This document shows, in pieces, positions 26,076-39,447 of a stretch of 64,000 bases of DNA. Numbering within the stretch: the stretch's first letter is position 1; the number at the start of each line of letters is the position of its first letter. The notes under the pieces were generated by a model. It made no database searches and was not told where the DNA came from. It saw only the letters and a program-made list of their open reading frames with translations. Made by a program: the position numbers and the translations under genes. This DNA comes from Camelus ferus (lineage: Eukaryota). The DNA lies in assembly GCF_009834535.1 (NCBI RefSeq), contig NC_045696.1, positions 31,374,001 through 31,438,000 on the forward strand. Reading direction: 5' to 3'.

Positions 26076-26822
26076 CATGAATTGGCAAACATTTTCTGCA
26101 AAAGTCCAGATAGTGAATATTTTAGGCTTGCAGGCCAAATCATTTCTGTCACAACAACAACTCTGCCTTTGGAGTGTGAAAGCTGCCACAGAGACGAAAC
26201 ATAAACAAATGAGCATGGCTGTTTATTTTGTTTTATTTCTGGACACTTGTATGGGTTTGCTAGGGCTGCCATAATAAAACACCACATACTGGGTGGCTTA
26301 AACACCAGAAATTTATTTTCTCACAGTTGTGAAGTCTGCAAGTCCAAAATCAAGGTGTTGGCAGTTTGATTTGCTCTGTCTCCCTCCCTGGCTTGCAGAC
26401 AACTGTCCTTAGCCCTGCACCCTTGTACAGTCTTTCCTCGGTGTGCCACATCCTTGGTGTCTTTTTTTGTGTCTGTATTTTCTCTTCTTTTAAGAACTCT
26501 AGCCAGATTGGATTAGGGCCCACCCTAAGCACCTCATTTTAATCTAATTTCTTCTTTAAAGGCCCTAGCCAAAGACAGTCAAATTCTGAGATACTGGGGG
26601 TTAAAACTCCAATGTACAAATTTGCAGGGACACACACAATTCAGCTCATAACAACACTGAAACTTGAATTCATATAATTTTTAAGGGTCCTGAAAGAGTA
26701 TTCTTCTTTGTATTGTTTTTCAAACTTTTACAGTCGTAAAAAAAACTTTGTTAGCTCTCAGGCCCTACAAAAACAGGCAACAGGACAAATTTCTCCCAGA
26801 GGCCTTAGTTTGCCAACCCTTG
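26076..26822. mobile_element. MER58B-like hAT element split by an MLT1 LTR
   Basis: Terminal inverted repeats 'ttggcaaac' (about 26082) and 'gtttgccaa' (about 26808). Body 'ccagatagtgaatattttaggcttgcaggcc...aacaaatgagcatggctgt' resumes after 26658. Confidence 0.8.
26248..26653 (-). mobile_element. MLT1A-like MaLR solo LTR with intact 5-bp TSD
   Basis: TG...CA termini, ACACT on both sides (26243-26247, 26654-26658), body 'ctagggctgccataataaaacaccacatactgggtggcttaaac'. Confidence 0.9.
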
Positions 26823-27873
26823 TCCTAAGGAATCATTTTTTCCCTTAAGTGTTTCATTTACGTCTGAATACTGTAAGACAAATTATATCTAATTTACAGT
26901 ACATTGGTGCTTTTCTGATGAGAAGATACTGTCTTCATTCCAATTTAATTTTACACCTAAACAACAAAAATAACCAAATACATACTATTGGTGTCTATTG
27001 GTATTAGGCTCTATTCGCTCTAATTTTATCAGACTACGCTTGCAGGATATCACTTAGTTTGTCTTTATATTTTAACTTATTTTTGAAAAGGTATGCATGA
27101 AATAATAATGCCCTACACTTGCATATTAGTCCGAGTTTACTGTTTGGTTTCACATGCTTTATGCCATTTGATTTACAGATTTTTGCTCCTGAGTGTAGTG
27201 ATGCTGTCTTGCTCCATTATCTCGTCAGTGTTAAATAACCAAGCATAATTTCCACTCTACTAATGATGAGTAAATGCATGTCAATACATGAAATAAGGTA
27301 GACGTTATTCTCAGATTATGGATACATTAAGTATCAGAGAGTTTAAGTGATTATTGTACAATGAGTAAGTGCAAAGCTCTAACGGAGACAAGTGATTTCT
27401 GGTATTTTACATTACTTAATTTGATGTAGATAAATACCAATTAAATGCATTTATTTTATATTTACCAATATGTTCATATAATCTTTCAGAATTAAAAGCT
27501 GCATGTTCTGTGAATATTTACCAGTATTTTTCTATATAGAGTCATATGTTATTCAGGGCATTAAACATAAGATTAACATACATTATTTAAACTTACATTT
27601 TTAAACCACACTGTGTTATAAGGACCAAAAGTAATTAAGACATTATCTCAGTTTTCTAAGCAGGAGAAATAGTCATGAATATATGCAATTATTACATCAT
27701 AAAATAGAATAATACAAGTATGAATACAGAGCTATACAAAGTTAAACTGTATATCAAAAATGTATACACTTTGGGTCGGATCTGTAGAAAGTTAACAAAA
27801 GAGGTAACATTTGAGAAAAATCTTGAAATAAAAAGAACATTCCAGTTTATTATGATAGACTGTGCATTCAACT

Positions 27874-27921
27874 CACATCAACTCACACTAAAAGTTTCCA
27901 CATCAACTCACACTAAAAGTT
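27874..27921. repeat. 25-bp-period tandem duplication
   Basis: cacatcaactcacactaaaagtt(tc) occurs twice. Confidence 0.9.
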
Positions 27922-28269
27922 CATGAGAAATATAAAGTATAAAAATGCGATTAAAGCAGCATTGAAAATTCTAAAAGGGTCTCATGATTACTCCGAGAGA
28001 GTAAATAATTTCTGGAAGATTTTATGCAAACTGAGAAACTACAACTCTATGCTAGGGAAAAACCTCCAAAATGTAAGTTCACTAGCAGAATACTAGAATT
28101 TCAATGAAATAAAAAACCACAGAGTCTGGAGAATGGAGTGGATCACTATAGTCATCTTGGGAAATGATTACAAATTAAGTGAACAAATAAGGTAGAACTC
28201 CTTCAGTTTATTTATTTACTTTTTTTTTTTTTTTGGTAACAACTAACAGAAAAATATAGAATCTATATA

Positions 28270-31260
28270 ATGTCTCATATTACTAAATGAAAAAGAAAGA
28301 GATAAAGGAAACTTTGATAAGTGTAATTAAAAAGGGGAGAGAGAAACAACAAAGACAGCAAACAAAAATAATTGTGTAAAATAAAGAATTCCACGAAATA
28401 CATCACAATTGCAACAAACAAAAATAATTTAAATTCCTCAATTAAAAGGTAGAGGTTAAGATTTTGTTGAAAAAATAAATCTGTTTGTCTAACAATGAAG
28501 ATAAAAAATCTGATGAAAAAGGTAAAGAAAGCCTGAAAATAAGGGATATTAAAAGATAATAAAGGCATACCAGACAAATATATTTTAAGAGAAAGGAATG
28601 ATATTATAATTAGACAAAATAGATATCAAAGTCACAAAGTTTATATGAGATAAATCATGGATGTGTTTTCATTATATATTGAAACCCTAGATTTCCAAAC
28701 ATCACTGTTTTGCTTCTCCAAATCCTTCCTTAATCTTATCTACATAAACTAACCTATGATGAGAAGATGACATTTAAAAAATTTTCAGATTTGTCAAAGT
28801 CTGTTAATTATAATTATTCTTGCTGCTTCTATGCATTGCAGTTAGTAGGTATGTAAAATTTGACTTTTATACTGTTACTTTCTTGATTGATTATAACTCT
28901 TTATCGATCTAAAATTTTCCCCTTGACCTCCCAAATTTAAATATATTTTACTATGAAGGGGTTTCTGTTAAGAAAAGGTAGCTATTAAAATTCAAATCAT
29001 TCCATATATTCTCCAAATTAGAATAATTCTAAAAAGGAAACCTACAACATAAGTAACAGACAATGAAAACTATAAGCTTTAATTTATGTATGCATTAGGA
29101 AAAAAAATCAAAGACTAACAAATTTGGTTCACAACAAAGCAGAGAGGCAAGCATAGTGTCAAAGAAAGGAGAGTGTGGTTATATTGAAGAACATAAGTAC
29201 CGTCAACTAAAGTCACTCCCAGATGGAGAGGATTCTATTTTGAGAGAAGAAATACTAAGAATAGTTCGAGGGCCTCCTGGGTAAGAGCACAAGCTACAAC
29301 AGAGTTGAAAGGAAGAGACTTGGGAAGTGTAAATGACCAAAAAGTTCAAGTCTCATGGAAGGAACTGTTTCTGGATTAAAGGAAAACATTAAGGACAGGT
29401 TTCCAGTGAAGGCTTGGTGATTTAAGGGAAAAAAGACAGAAACACAGTATAGTTCATTCTGAACTTTAAAAAAGAAGGCATCAAGGGCACAACTTATTTT
29501 TAAAACTTAACTTCACTTTTAGGTGAGTTTTAAATCTAAGAAATCTAGTAAGCCATCTACCTCATCTTTCACAGATTTGGCTGCTTTTGTTACTCTAGGG
29601 AAAAACAGCAAAAAAGTAATCATCAATAATTTTTATTATTTTTACAACACAATCATACAAGCAGTTACTTCAAGCAAAAAAAATAAACATTGACGAAAAC
29701 ACTTTTCCCTGAGTAACAGTGTGAAGAGGAATAAAACTAACAAACATATCTATGTAAGTTTAATATAGTTCCCCACATGTCAGATATGAAACACTACCAC
29801 AAATCTGAATTCAAAAACCCAGTATAAAGAAGGAAAATCAACATGAAGATACGAAATAAGAGTTAACTGAATGCAGCATAGAAAAAGTAAAATAATTTCA
29901 CAAACAAGAATAAATTACAAGGTACCCAAGAGAGAATAGATACTAAAAGTTTAGAGACATAAATTAAAAAATTAAAAAGGCCCAGAAAATTAAACAAAAC
30001 TTTCTAAAGAAACAAAACTGTACATCTGGAAATGATAGAGGACAGGAAAAGTGGGTCCAAAGAAATCAATATTTGGAGTTACCAACAAAGGAAAATAAAA
30101 CACAGAAGACCTAATATTTAAAGCAACAATTGCAGGAAAAAAAAAGAGGAAAATAAAAGAACTGAACTACCTTTTAAAAGGCAACCCCAGATACCTGGAA
30201 TGAAAATGTCCCATACAGTCAATTTTGAAATCTATTCTATGAAATATTTATGCTTTAAAGGAAAAAAAAAGTCCAGGCCTCTATGAAAAACAACCAACAT
30301 AAAAGCAGAAAAACGGTGATATAATTTTCTAGAGCACCACACAAAGCAAGAATATCTTGAAGCAACATTTTCAAGAAATTCAAAGATAAAAAGGGTGAAC
30401 TGAAGATATTTTCATCCATCTTGCCTATCCTTCCACTATGAGAGCTAAAGAAAACACCCATTATCTGATACACCAACGCTCAGATAATACTGTATTTATG
30501 AACCATTCTTGATCAGTCTGCCAGGGGATGGCTTTATACACCTCAGAGATTAATGAAAATATTTTGACAAAAGATTCCTGGTGATCACTCTATATTTAAT
30601 TAACATCTGAGACTGAAACAAGGGTGGAGAAAATATAAAAGAATAACATGTAAATACTCTGTTCAGATAGAAATACCAGAACTTAGAAAACAGGGGAGAA
30701 AATAGGAGAGAAAATGAGAAAAGTCAAATAAGTACTGATTAACATACACACAAAGATGGAAGTAAAGGGATATTTATTATTTATAACTACAAACCAAATA
30801 AGAGGAAAAAAGGGGGGCCTAATGGCATTCTGCTATATAAAGTTCTTACCAAAACCTCACTAAATATCTAAAGAAAAATAAAAACAAAACATATGTTTAA
30901 AAACATAAAAAACAGAAGAAATTTTAAACATTAAAGAAAATTGAATATATACTAAGAAAGAAACATTTAAACATAAAGTAATATGGATTTAACTCATTTA
31001 AAGGAAAAATATTTCAGATTGTTTAATAAAGCAAAACCCAATTTATCATGTAAATAAAAAACATGCCTTAAAATATTTTTAAAGTCTAAAAATAAAGGGA
31101 GGGGAAGATACTTGACACAATTCAATTCATGTTAGTGAAAAATTCACAGCCTAATTAAGTATATCAAGTAAAGGAATGGATAAATAAATGTCTAAAAGTA
31201 AGGGTTATTAAAGGATAAAAATAAAGTAGAAGCATTGAAATAATTATAAAAGTAGAAATT
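28270..31260 (+). mobile_element. Degenerate A-rich L1/HAL1-like fragments (ORF1 and start of ORF2), including a minus-strand piece near 28660-28930
   Basis: Strong A skew. 'atttaaattcctcaattaaaaggtagagg', 'aattagacaaaatagatatcaaag', 'gcaagaatatcttgaagcaacattttcaaga', 'aatatggatttaactcatttaaaggaaaaatatttcagatt'. Confidence 0.5.
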
Positions 31261-31289
31261 AGTTACAAACAGGAAAAGAATAGTCTCAA

Positions 31290-31720
31290 CGTAGCAACAG
31301 CTCCAGCCCCAGGGAGGAGACACTGTGGCAGAGGCTTTGGACAGCTCTGTCAGCCAGGTTTAGCATTGGTGAAGTCTGAAATGATCCTCAGTAGTAAAGG
31401 CAGCCAACATTCATGGCACTGACAGGTGTTGCTGGGGTTCGCCAGCTCTCCTTTTCCCTGTGGGGTGAAATTCCTCTGAGAGGATCCCTTTTGGCACTGA
31501 GTTGCTCTGGACAGGGAATGTGGTGACAGTAGATAAAATGCTTCATATGTTTTTCTGTGTAGAAATACTCAGACTTGAGCTTCACAAGGTTTCTGCTTCT
31601 ACTTTGTTGTAGTCCTGGGCTTTCCCAGACTATTTTCATCCATTTGTAGTTGTTTGTTTTTATCATTTTTGAGGGGTAGGAGAGTGCTGGGCCCTCCTAG
31701 CCCACCATCCTGCTGACATC
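31290..31720 (-). mobile_element. Probable old L1 5'-region fragment, inverted relative to the adjacent ORF2
   Basis: GC-richer block ending 'gggccctcctagcccaccatcctgctgacatct', like reverse-strand L1M 5' ends. Confidence 0.45.
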
Positions 31721-33415
31721 TAATCTCTATTCATTCTATGAAAATTGGTTACATTACCCTGAAACCAAAAGCAGGCAAAGATACCACATAACATGAAAAT
31801 CACAGACCAAGAACTGTTATAAAATAGGTGCAAAAATCATCAAGAAAATACTAGCAAACTAAAACCAACAACACAAAGAAAGGGTTATACATGATAACCA
31901 ATGGGATTAATTGCATGATTGCAAGGTTAGTTTAACCTCCAAAAATTAATTAGTGTAATACAAAATACTAAAATAGTGAAGACAAAAAACACATATTCTC
32001 CATAGATGCAAAAACACTTTTTACAAAATCCAACTCTTTCAATGATAGAAAATGTTCAGCAAACTAGGAATAGAAGGGGATTGCCTCAACCTGATGAAGT
32101 ACAGTAAAAAAATTCCCACACAACTATCATCATATTTAATGATGAAAGACTGAGTGTTTTCCATCAAAGGTCAGGAAGAATCTAAGTGGCTTTTACAACT
32201 TTGGTTAAACAATTGAAACTTGTACTTGCTGTTCTAACCACTGTGGTAAGAAAGAAAAACAAATAAAAGCATCCAGGTTGGAATAAAAGTAAAACTATCT
32301 CAATTTACAAAGAACGTAATCTTTTATATAGAAAATCTTAATAAGTTAATTAAAAACTATTCTAGTTATTAAACTAGTAAGTCAAATTTGTATGATATAA
32401 GATTAATATTCAAAAAATAAATTGTTAACCTATCACCAAACAATGAAAAATCTGAAGGATTTGAGAAATCAATTCCATTTAAAACAGTTATCAAAAATTA
32501 AATACTTAGAAAAGTTTTTAACAATTAAGTACAGGACTTATACATGGAAAACTGAAAAGACTATTGTTGAAAGAAATGAAAAATGATGTAAGTAAATGCA
32601 AGATATCACATGTTCATGGATAAAAAGACTTAATCTTGTTAAGACAGAGATATGTTCCAAATTGATCAATAGAGCCAAAATAATGCCTTTTAAAATCCCA
32701 GCTGTTTTTTCTTTTTTTGCAGAAAATAATAAGCTAATTCTAAAATTCATATGGAGATGTAAAGGACCTAGAATAGACAAACAATCTAGATAATGAAGAA
32801 CAATGTTAAAGGATTCACAATTCCGAATTTCAAAGTTTACTACAAAGCTGTGATCAACACAGTACAAAAGGAGCCTAAAGATAGACATGTTGATAAATGG
32901 GATGAAACTGAGAGCTCAGTAGTTACCTTAGATGAATTGTCAATTGATTTTTGACAAGGGTGGCAAGGCAATTCAGTAAGAAAGAACAGTCTTTTCAACA
33001 ACTGGTGTACAGATATACATGTGCGAAATAATAAAGTTGGACACTCACTTCACACCATATACAAAAATTAATTCCAAGTGTATCCTAATGTTATCAGGTG
33101 AATCTATAAAACTCCAAGGAAAAGAAGTAGGATTAAATCTCTGTGATCTTGGGTTAGGGAATGTTGTTTTATATACCACAGCCCAAAGCACAATGACTAC
33201 AGGAAAAACATAATTGGATTTCACCAATATTGAAAAAGCAAGGATACCATCAAGAAAGTGAAAATATAATGCGCAAAATGGGAGAGAAGCATTTGCAAAT
33301 AGCATATCAAATAAAGAACTTGTATCTAGAGTATATAAAGAATACTCACAAATCAATAATAAAGTGACAACATAATTTAAAAGGACAAAGTATCTAAAAT
33401 AAACATTTATAAAAG
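31720..33415 (+). mobile_element. L1 ORF2 remnant (RT domain to C-terminal region), disrupted
   Basis: ORF 32596-32793 'DITCSWIKRLNLVK...KLILKFIWRCKGPRI' and ORF 33019 'KLDTHFTPYTKINSK' match L1 ORF2 motifs. 'catagatgcaaaaacacttt' is SIDAEKAF-like. Confidence 0.9.
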
Positions 33416-33644
33416 GATACACTTTTTAACAGCATTATTAAGATATAATTTACAGACAATTTTCCCATTTAAAATGTAAAATTCAATGATTTTTATTATA
33501 TTCATAGATATGTGCCATCATCACAACAGTCAATTTTTGAATATTTTTATCACCTTAAAATAAAACCCCGTCCTTTTAGCTTCTACCCCTCTATTTTCCT
33601 CCCCCTCCTCATGGTAATATTAAGAAACAAACATAAATAAATCT

Positions 33645-33696
33645 TAAGCTGATCTCAGTGATTTTATCATAAGCTGATCTCAGTGATTTTATCATA
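33645..33696. repeat. Perfect 25-bp tandem duplication
   Basis: taagctgatctcagtgattttatca occurs twice. Confidence 0.95.
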
Positions 33697-33899
33697 TTAT
33701 TCAAATATTGTATTTATTCATATATAGAAAATAATGAAACATAAATGCAGCTATATGGCATTATTAGGAATTGACATTTAAAAATATAATCAAATATAAA
33801 ATCAAATATATTAGAAAAACAACTTTTTATTGTTGAATGACAATATAAAAATAAACTCAAAATTATTTTAAACAAAATGTATTTTCTAGCACCATTCAT

Positions 33900-35470
33900 T
33901 GATTTGGCCAAGTGTAATGACACTTCAACAGTAATGAACACAACTTGTATCCAGTTCTTGTTTTCAAAATAACATATACATGACAACTGAACCCAAGGCT
34001 CCTTGGAAAGAATGATTGACTCTGGGTCTGGAGAGAACAAAGTATATAATAATCATGAACAATTTTTATGTCAAAAAGTAAGGTAGCACATGAAGACTTA
34101 TGAGGAGGGGCTTGTAAAATGGGTAAAAAAATCCAATTTGAAGGTGTTCCAATGCCACAATTGGAATAATTTAAACATAGGGAAATATAATGACTATAGT
34201 TTACTATCAAAAATTGAATAAATAACCATCTTTTAAATCATAATGACATTCAAAAAAATTCATTTAATATCAATGGTGGAGAATATTATATAACTACTTA
34301 CTTTCAAAGTTGTTTATAATGAATCTATTAAGCTTTTAATTATTTCGTATTTTTGAATAGTAATCATTTTTCTCATAAAGACACTCAAAAAATTTTTAAA
34401 TGTCTTTTCCACCAATGGTGGAAAACTGGCCATGCCAGTTTCATCCTCTAAAAAACTGGTAATTAAACACATTTACCTTGCCTTTTTAAAGGGAGAACAG
34501 TAGTTCAAACAGAACTTCAAAGGAATGGCAAATAAATATGGAAACAATGTAAACTAGAAAGTCAAGTTTTCAACCCATGATGAAATAATTGATTCACATA
34601 AAGATGGTCAAAAGACCATAAAGCCATCAGTGAAAAGTCATCTGGGCACAGCCAGTTTGCAAAGTCCCAGAGTACTTGCTAATCTAAAGGGAATTGTGTT
34701 TTTTTATATTTTTGAGATCTGGCAGTTATATCCTTTAAAAAGTGGTGTTCAAAATAGCATTACTAAAAATGAGATGACCTGGTATCAATTCTCCTCTGAT
34801 ATGATTCAACACAAAGTGCCTATCATCATCTATGAAGTCCTCTCACCAGAAATATTTACCCTGTATCCATTCAGTCTTTTAGATTAGACCAATGTGACTT
34901 CCAGTCTACAGAAAATACAGGGAATGGAAAAAGATGTTAAATAATATTGTGAGAAAATAATCATACAAATGGACAACATGTGCCACTTTTCAATCAGTTA
35001 AACCAGATGGGTCTCTTTACTTCAATGTTAGTTTTTAGAAAAATGAGGTTAATAAAATATACCAACAGGTGTAATAAGTGAACCTGTTTGAAAACACATG
35101 TATATAATTGATATTTGTATCTCACTGGTACATTTGGGGACACTTAAATATAAACTGGATATTAAATAATTTTAAAAAGTAATTAAGTTGTTTTAAACTT
35201 GATAATGTGATGGAGGATAATGTACATTTTAAAAATAGATGCATACTTAATGGTGAAGTATTTAGATTTTTTCAAATTGTTTTCAAACAAATTTCAAATA
35301 GCAGTACTTATATATATATATGATTGCTATTGTATTTGTCTTTGTACATATATATATTTTATATTTTAAAATCTAGATATAAATAGATAAAGCAGACATA
35401 GAAATTATTAATAAATTATTCAATATTAGATTCCTTATATTATTCTGAATCTTTAAGTTTAAAACTTTGC
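33900..35470 (+). mobile_element. Old L1 (L1MC/MD/ME-like) 3' UTR remnants
   Basis: 'aacccaaggctccttggaaagaatgattgactctgggtctggag', 'ttccagtctacagaaaatacagggaatgg', 'ataaactggatattaaataat'. Confidence 0.45.
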
Positions 35471-36049
35471 ATAAAATATTTTTGAGAAAATATTAACAAT
35501 TTAGTAAATCATAATGACAGCTCCATGATTTTTAAAGCAGAAATAAAATGGAATATATCATTTAGTTTTACAGCAATAAAATTAGCATTAATAATAAAAA
35601 CAGCTGAAATATTTTTTATTAATTATAATACAATTTTCATAGAAAAAATGATGTCAAAGCAGAATTTGAAAAGTTTTATAAAGTTTTCCCAAGTATGGAT
35701 ACTCAGGGGAAATATTTCTGCTCCAAGGGTCAACAGATGCAGAGAATATTACTTAAAGAACTAGAAAGTAGGATTCATTCCGTTGTATTTTCTGACCACG
35801 TGGTACTAAACAGCTTGTGCAAGATTATTGCCACTTGCCTTTTCATTTCCCTGTTGTTGTTATACTCTTTTTATTACAGATCTTATCAACTTTTCTGAAA
35901 AATATAATATGTGACTATTAAATCATATTTTCTTTTAAGAATGAATGGACAAACATTTTAAAAAGGAACAGACTGATTTAAGAACTTTACTCAGGCTGCT
36001 TATTAGATGTCTGTTTAAAACCATGTGATTTCAAAAAAAGCTTGCAAAT

Positions 36050-36446
36050 TGTTATGGACTGAATCTTTGCATTCCCCCCAAATTCATATATTGCAGCCCT
36101 AACCTTTCCCTTTCCAATACCCCCCTTCCCACCCTGTAGGCCAAGTGTGCTGGTATTTGGAGATAAGGCCTTTAGGAGAGATAATGAGTTAGGTTAGGTG
36201 ATAAAGGTAGAGTTTTCATGATGGGATTAGTGGCTTTATAAGAAGAGAAAAAAAGAGATCTCTTCCTCTCTGCTTGGAAGCACAAGAAAGACTGTAAGTC
36301 AGTGAGAAAGCTCTCACCGAAAACCAAATCTGCCAACATCTTGATCTTAAACTTCTCAGCCTCCAGAATTGTAAGCCGTAAATTTCTGTTGTTTAAGCCA
36401 CTCAGCTGATTGTATTTAATTATGGCAGCCTGAGCCAGCTAATACA
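36050..36446 (+). mobile_element. MLT1A-like MaLR solo LTR
   Basis: 'tgttatggactgaat...cccccaaattcatat...catgatgggattagtggctttataagaagag...aaatttctgttgtttaagccactcag...ctaataca'. Confidence 0.88.
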
Positions 36447-37111
36447 AAAGTAAAATACTGATAAAATATATACTAGATAGTATGAAATTTATGATTACAT
36501 TACAAGTAAGACAAAGAATGACATTAGGTAGTAATAAAAGGTAAATATACTAACAGCATCAAACTTAACAGCAACTAATTACATAAAGATACATTTAATA
36601 AAAATGCAAAGAGAATTCTGTATGAATGAAATTATGGCAGGGAGTTATCTCTTTACAAATAAGAAATATTTAGTAGATAGTGAGGTTATAGATAATTTAG
36701 TTAAAGAACTTCAGTTTAGTTAGATATATTTAGAACTTTTCCCTGAAAGTTTAAAGGATATATCTTTTGTATTTATATCCACGGGACAAATACAAAAATA
36801 ATCTCTGAACTTTGTCACAAGTAAATCTTAAAATTTCAAAGAAATAGAAATTTGTTCTATGTCTTACATTTTTATAAGATATAATAAATCAGTAAGTGAT
36901 ATATATACATAAAGACTAATAAATCTGATATCTGGTTCTTTGAAGGTGATTAAAAAAAAAGAAGAAAAATGTAAAGACTAGGAACACCCCCTTGAAGCTT
37001 GTTCAAGGGAAAAGAAGAGAAACAAGAGCATCCACATTAATAACTAGAGAGGGAATAAAAACGTGCAATCAGTAGCGATTAAAACAGCAGAAGAATGCTA
37101 TATACAACTCT

Positions 37112-37693
37112 CTGGTGATATTTATTCTTGTATAACAAATTAACCCAAAACTTGGTGCTTCAAAACAACATTTATTATCTCACATTTTCAGTGCCTCAGG
37201 AGTCCAGGTATAACCTCTCAGGGTTCTCTGGCTTAGGGTCTATCACAAGGCTGCAGTTAAGCCTTCAGCTAGGGCTGCAATTATCTGAAGGTTCAACTGA
37301 ACTTACTTCTCTGCTCAATCACTTGTTAGGATACAGACCCTCCCAGGTTAGAATGAGGCCCTTAATTCCTTGCTGGCTGTCAATCAATGGCCATACTCAG
37401 CTTTTTACCACATGGGACTCTCCTTGGGGCAGCTCACAACATGGAAGCTTGCTTCATTAGAATGAGCAAGCAAGAACAGCCAGAAAAAAAGAGATGAGGA
37501 ACAAGACTGAAGACACAGTCTTTATATAATCTAACGTCCAAAGTGATGACATCCAATCACTTTTGTCTTATTCTACCATGTAGAAGGAAGGCATTAGGGC
37601 TTGCCAACATTCAAGGGGAGGTGATTATATTTAAAAAGATGAATAGCAGGAGGTAGGATCATTAGGAGCTATTCTGAGAGGGTGCCTACTACA
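37112..37693 (-). mobile_element. MLT1F-like MaLR LTR inserted in an old L1 fragment
   Basis: 'gtataacaaattaacccaaaacttggtgcttcaaaacaacatttattatctcac...gcagctcacaacatgg...caaggggaggtgattat...tgcctactaca'. Flanks are L1 ORF2-like. Confidence 0.75.
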
Positions 37694-38099
37694 GGTGACA
37701 AATTCAAAAGCCCAGTTTTAGAAATTTGTTATTTCCTAACAAAATATAAGCTTGCAAAACATATACAAGAAGAAGTAGGAATATACATAGAACAATTAAT
37801 ATAGAAAACATTTTAATGCTATTAAATTAATATTGTTGGACCAGTGTTTTATATAGTTAATTCCTTTTAACTTAAAAGAGGTCAATAGTTCAATTATTTA
37901 AATTATTCAGATTTTGGAACAAAATTTAAATAAAAGACTAGACTTTCCTATTTGTATCTAATAAATTAGGGAGACTGATTACACAATTGATTTTATTTCC
38001 TTTATTTTCCCTGCTACTCTTGATGATTATTTTTCTCAGATATTTGTTTAGTTGTTTCCTTTCTTCCCACCCCAGTGTAAAGTAAGATTCATGCTGCTT

Positions 38100-38144
38100 G
38101 AAACCTTTTCGAAACCTTTTCGAAACCTTTTCGAAACCTTTTCG
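38100..38144. repeat. Perfect minisatellite (GAAACCTTTTC)x4
   Basis: Units start at 38100, 38111, 38122 and 38133. Confidence 0.97.
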
Positions 38145-38928
38145 GTGTGTTCACTACTATATACCCAATAGTTAGAGTAGTGCTTCGAATAGAATGTGTT
38201 TTTAATAATTGACTATATTATTAATTTAAAAAATCAAATATGTATTATGATTTTATTGCTGGTAAAATCACATGTGTGTCAGACATAGGCATATGACATA
38301 GTTATCTACAGTTTGCAGTAGACATCTTCGGGAAAGAAGATAGTATGCATTAAATGGGGAATAATAACCATCTCTATACTAGTAAATTATTAAACTTCCT
38401 ATAAGTCTGTTGCTCTGGACATTACATAAATAGTAGATATATGGGTAAAAAATAAATACCTCATCAGATGCTATTGGAGATTTAACAGATAAGGAGTATT
38501 AAAAGGTAGAATTTCTATAGGTAAAGTCAAGGGATATAAAACTACATAATTTATTATAAATATTATCATAGCTAAATATATGCTTCTTTTCAGAAGAAGA
38601 TCAGAACAAAGTAAAGAAACATTTTTTGGTTCTCTAATGGTGAATTTTTATTTCAGTGATCAAGGACATTATAATATAACCTATATCAAGTTAAAGGCTT
38701 ACTGGGCATGAATTAAGACTTTCAGATATCTGTGTATTTTAAAACACTAAGGCTAATTTACTGCATTAAACAGGACCAAAGAGAAATATAATTTAAAATA
38801 CTTCATCTGTTTTAGTGTTCCAAAATTACTGATACAGTTCTTTATAAGAAAAGTAAGAGTATCTGCATTTTGTTCAGCTTTCCTTTTGGATTCCCTTAGG
38901 CATTCTTATTCTATGAGCAAAACCACCA

Positions 38929-39447
38929 TGGTAGGCAAAATTTTGCAATGGCTCCCAAGATTCTTATCCCTTAATGTACACAATTAGTAGTATTTTCTCC
39001 CTCTGAATGCTGGGCAGAATTGAGGAATTTTATAGATACAGTTAAAATCCCATATCAGTTGACTTTGAGTCAATCAAATAAGAAAATTATCCTGGATAGG
39101 CTTGATTAAGTCAGGTGAGCCCTTAAAAGGAACTTAAACCCTTCCTGAGGGAAGATATTTGAAATGTGAGAGGGCCTATGGAGGGGACTATGTGACAAAG
39201 ATCTGAGTGTGAGCTCTAGGAATTTAGAGAGGTCCCCTACTCACTATGAAGAAAATAGGAATGTCCAATTATCTAACTGCAGGGAAATACATTTCTGCCA
39301 ACAACATGATGGAGTCTGGAAGTACACTTTTCTCTAATCAAAACTCTAGTTGAAAACACATCCAGCCAATGCCTTCTCAGATCCTAAACAGAGGACCTAG
39401 CTAAAATGTGCTGGACTCCTGATCCATGGCAAATACGAGATGAGAAA
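38929..39447 (+). mobile_element. MLT1E-like MaLR LTR
   Basis: 'tggtaggcaaaattttgcaatggctcccaagatt...tcagttgactttgagtcaatcaaa...ttctgccaacaac...cagaggacctagctaa...tgctggactcctgatcc'. Confidence 0.75.

Noticed and set aside
32538..33422. ORFs of 64-125 aa on both strands
   Set aside because: They are L1 ORF2 remnants or their antisense shadows, not an active element.
38100..38144. CRISPR-like array
   Set aside because: 11-bp head-to-tail units with no spacers, no cas genes, eukaryotic context.
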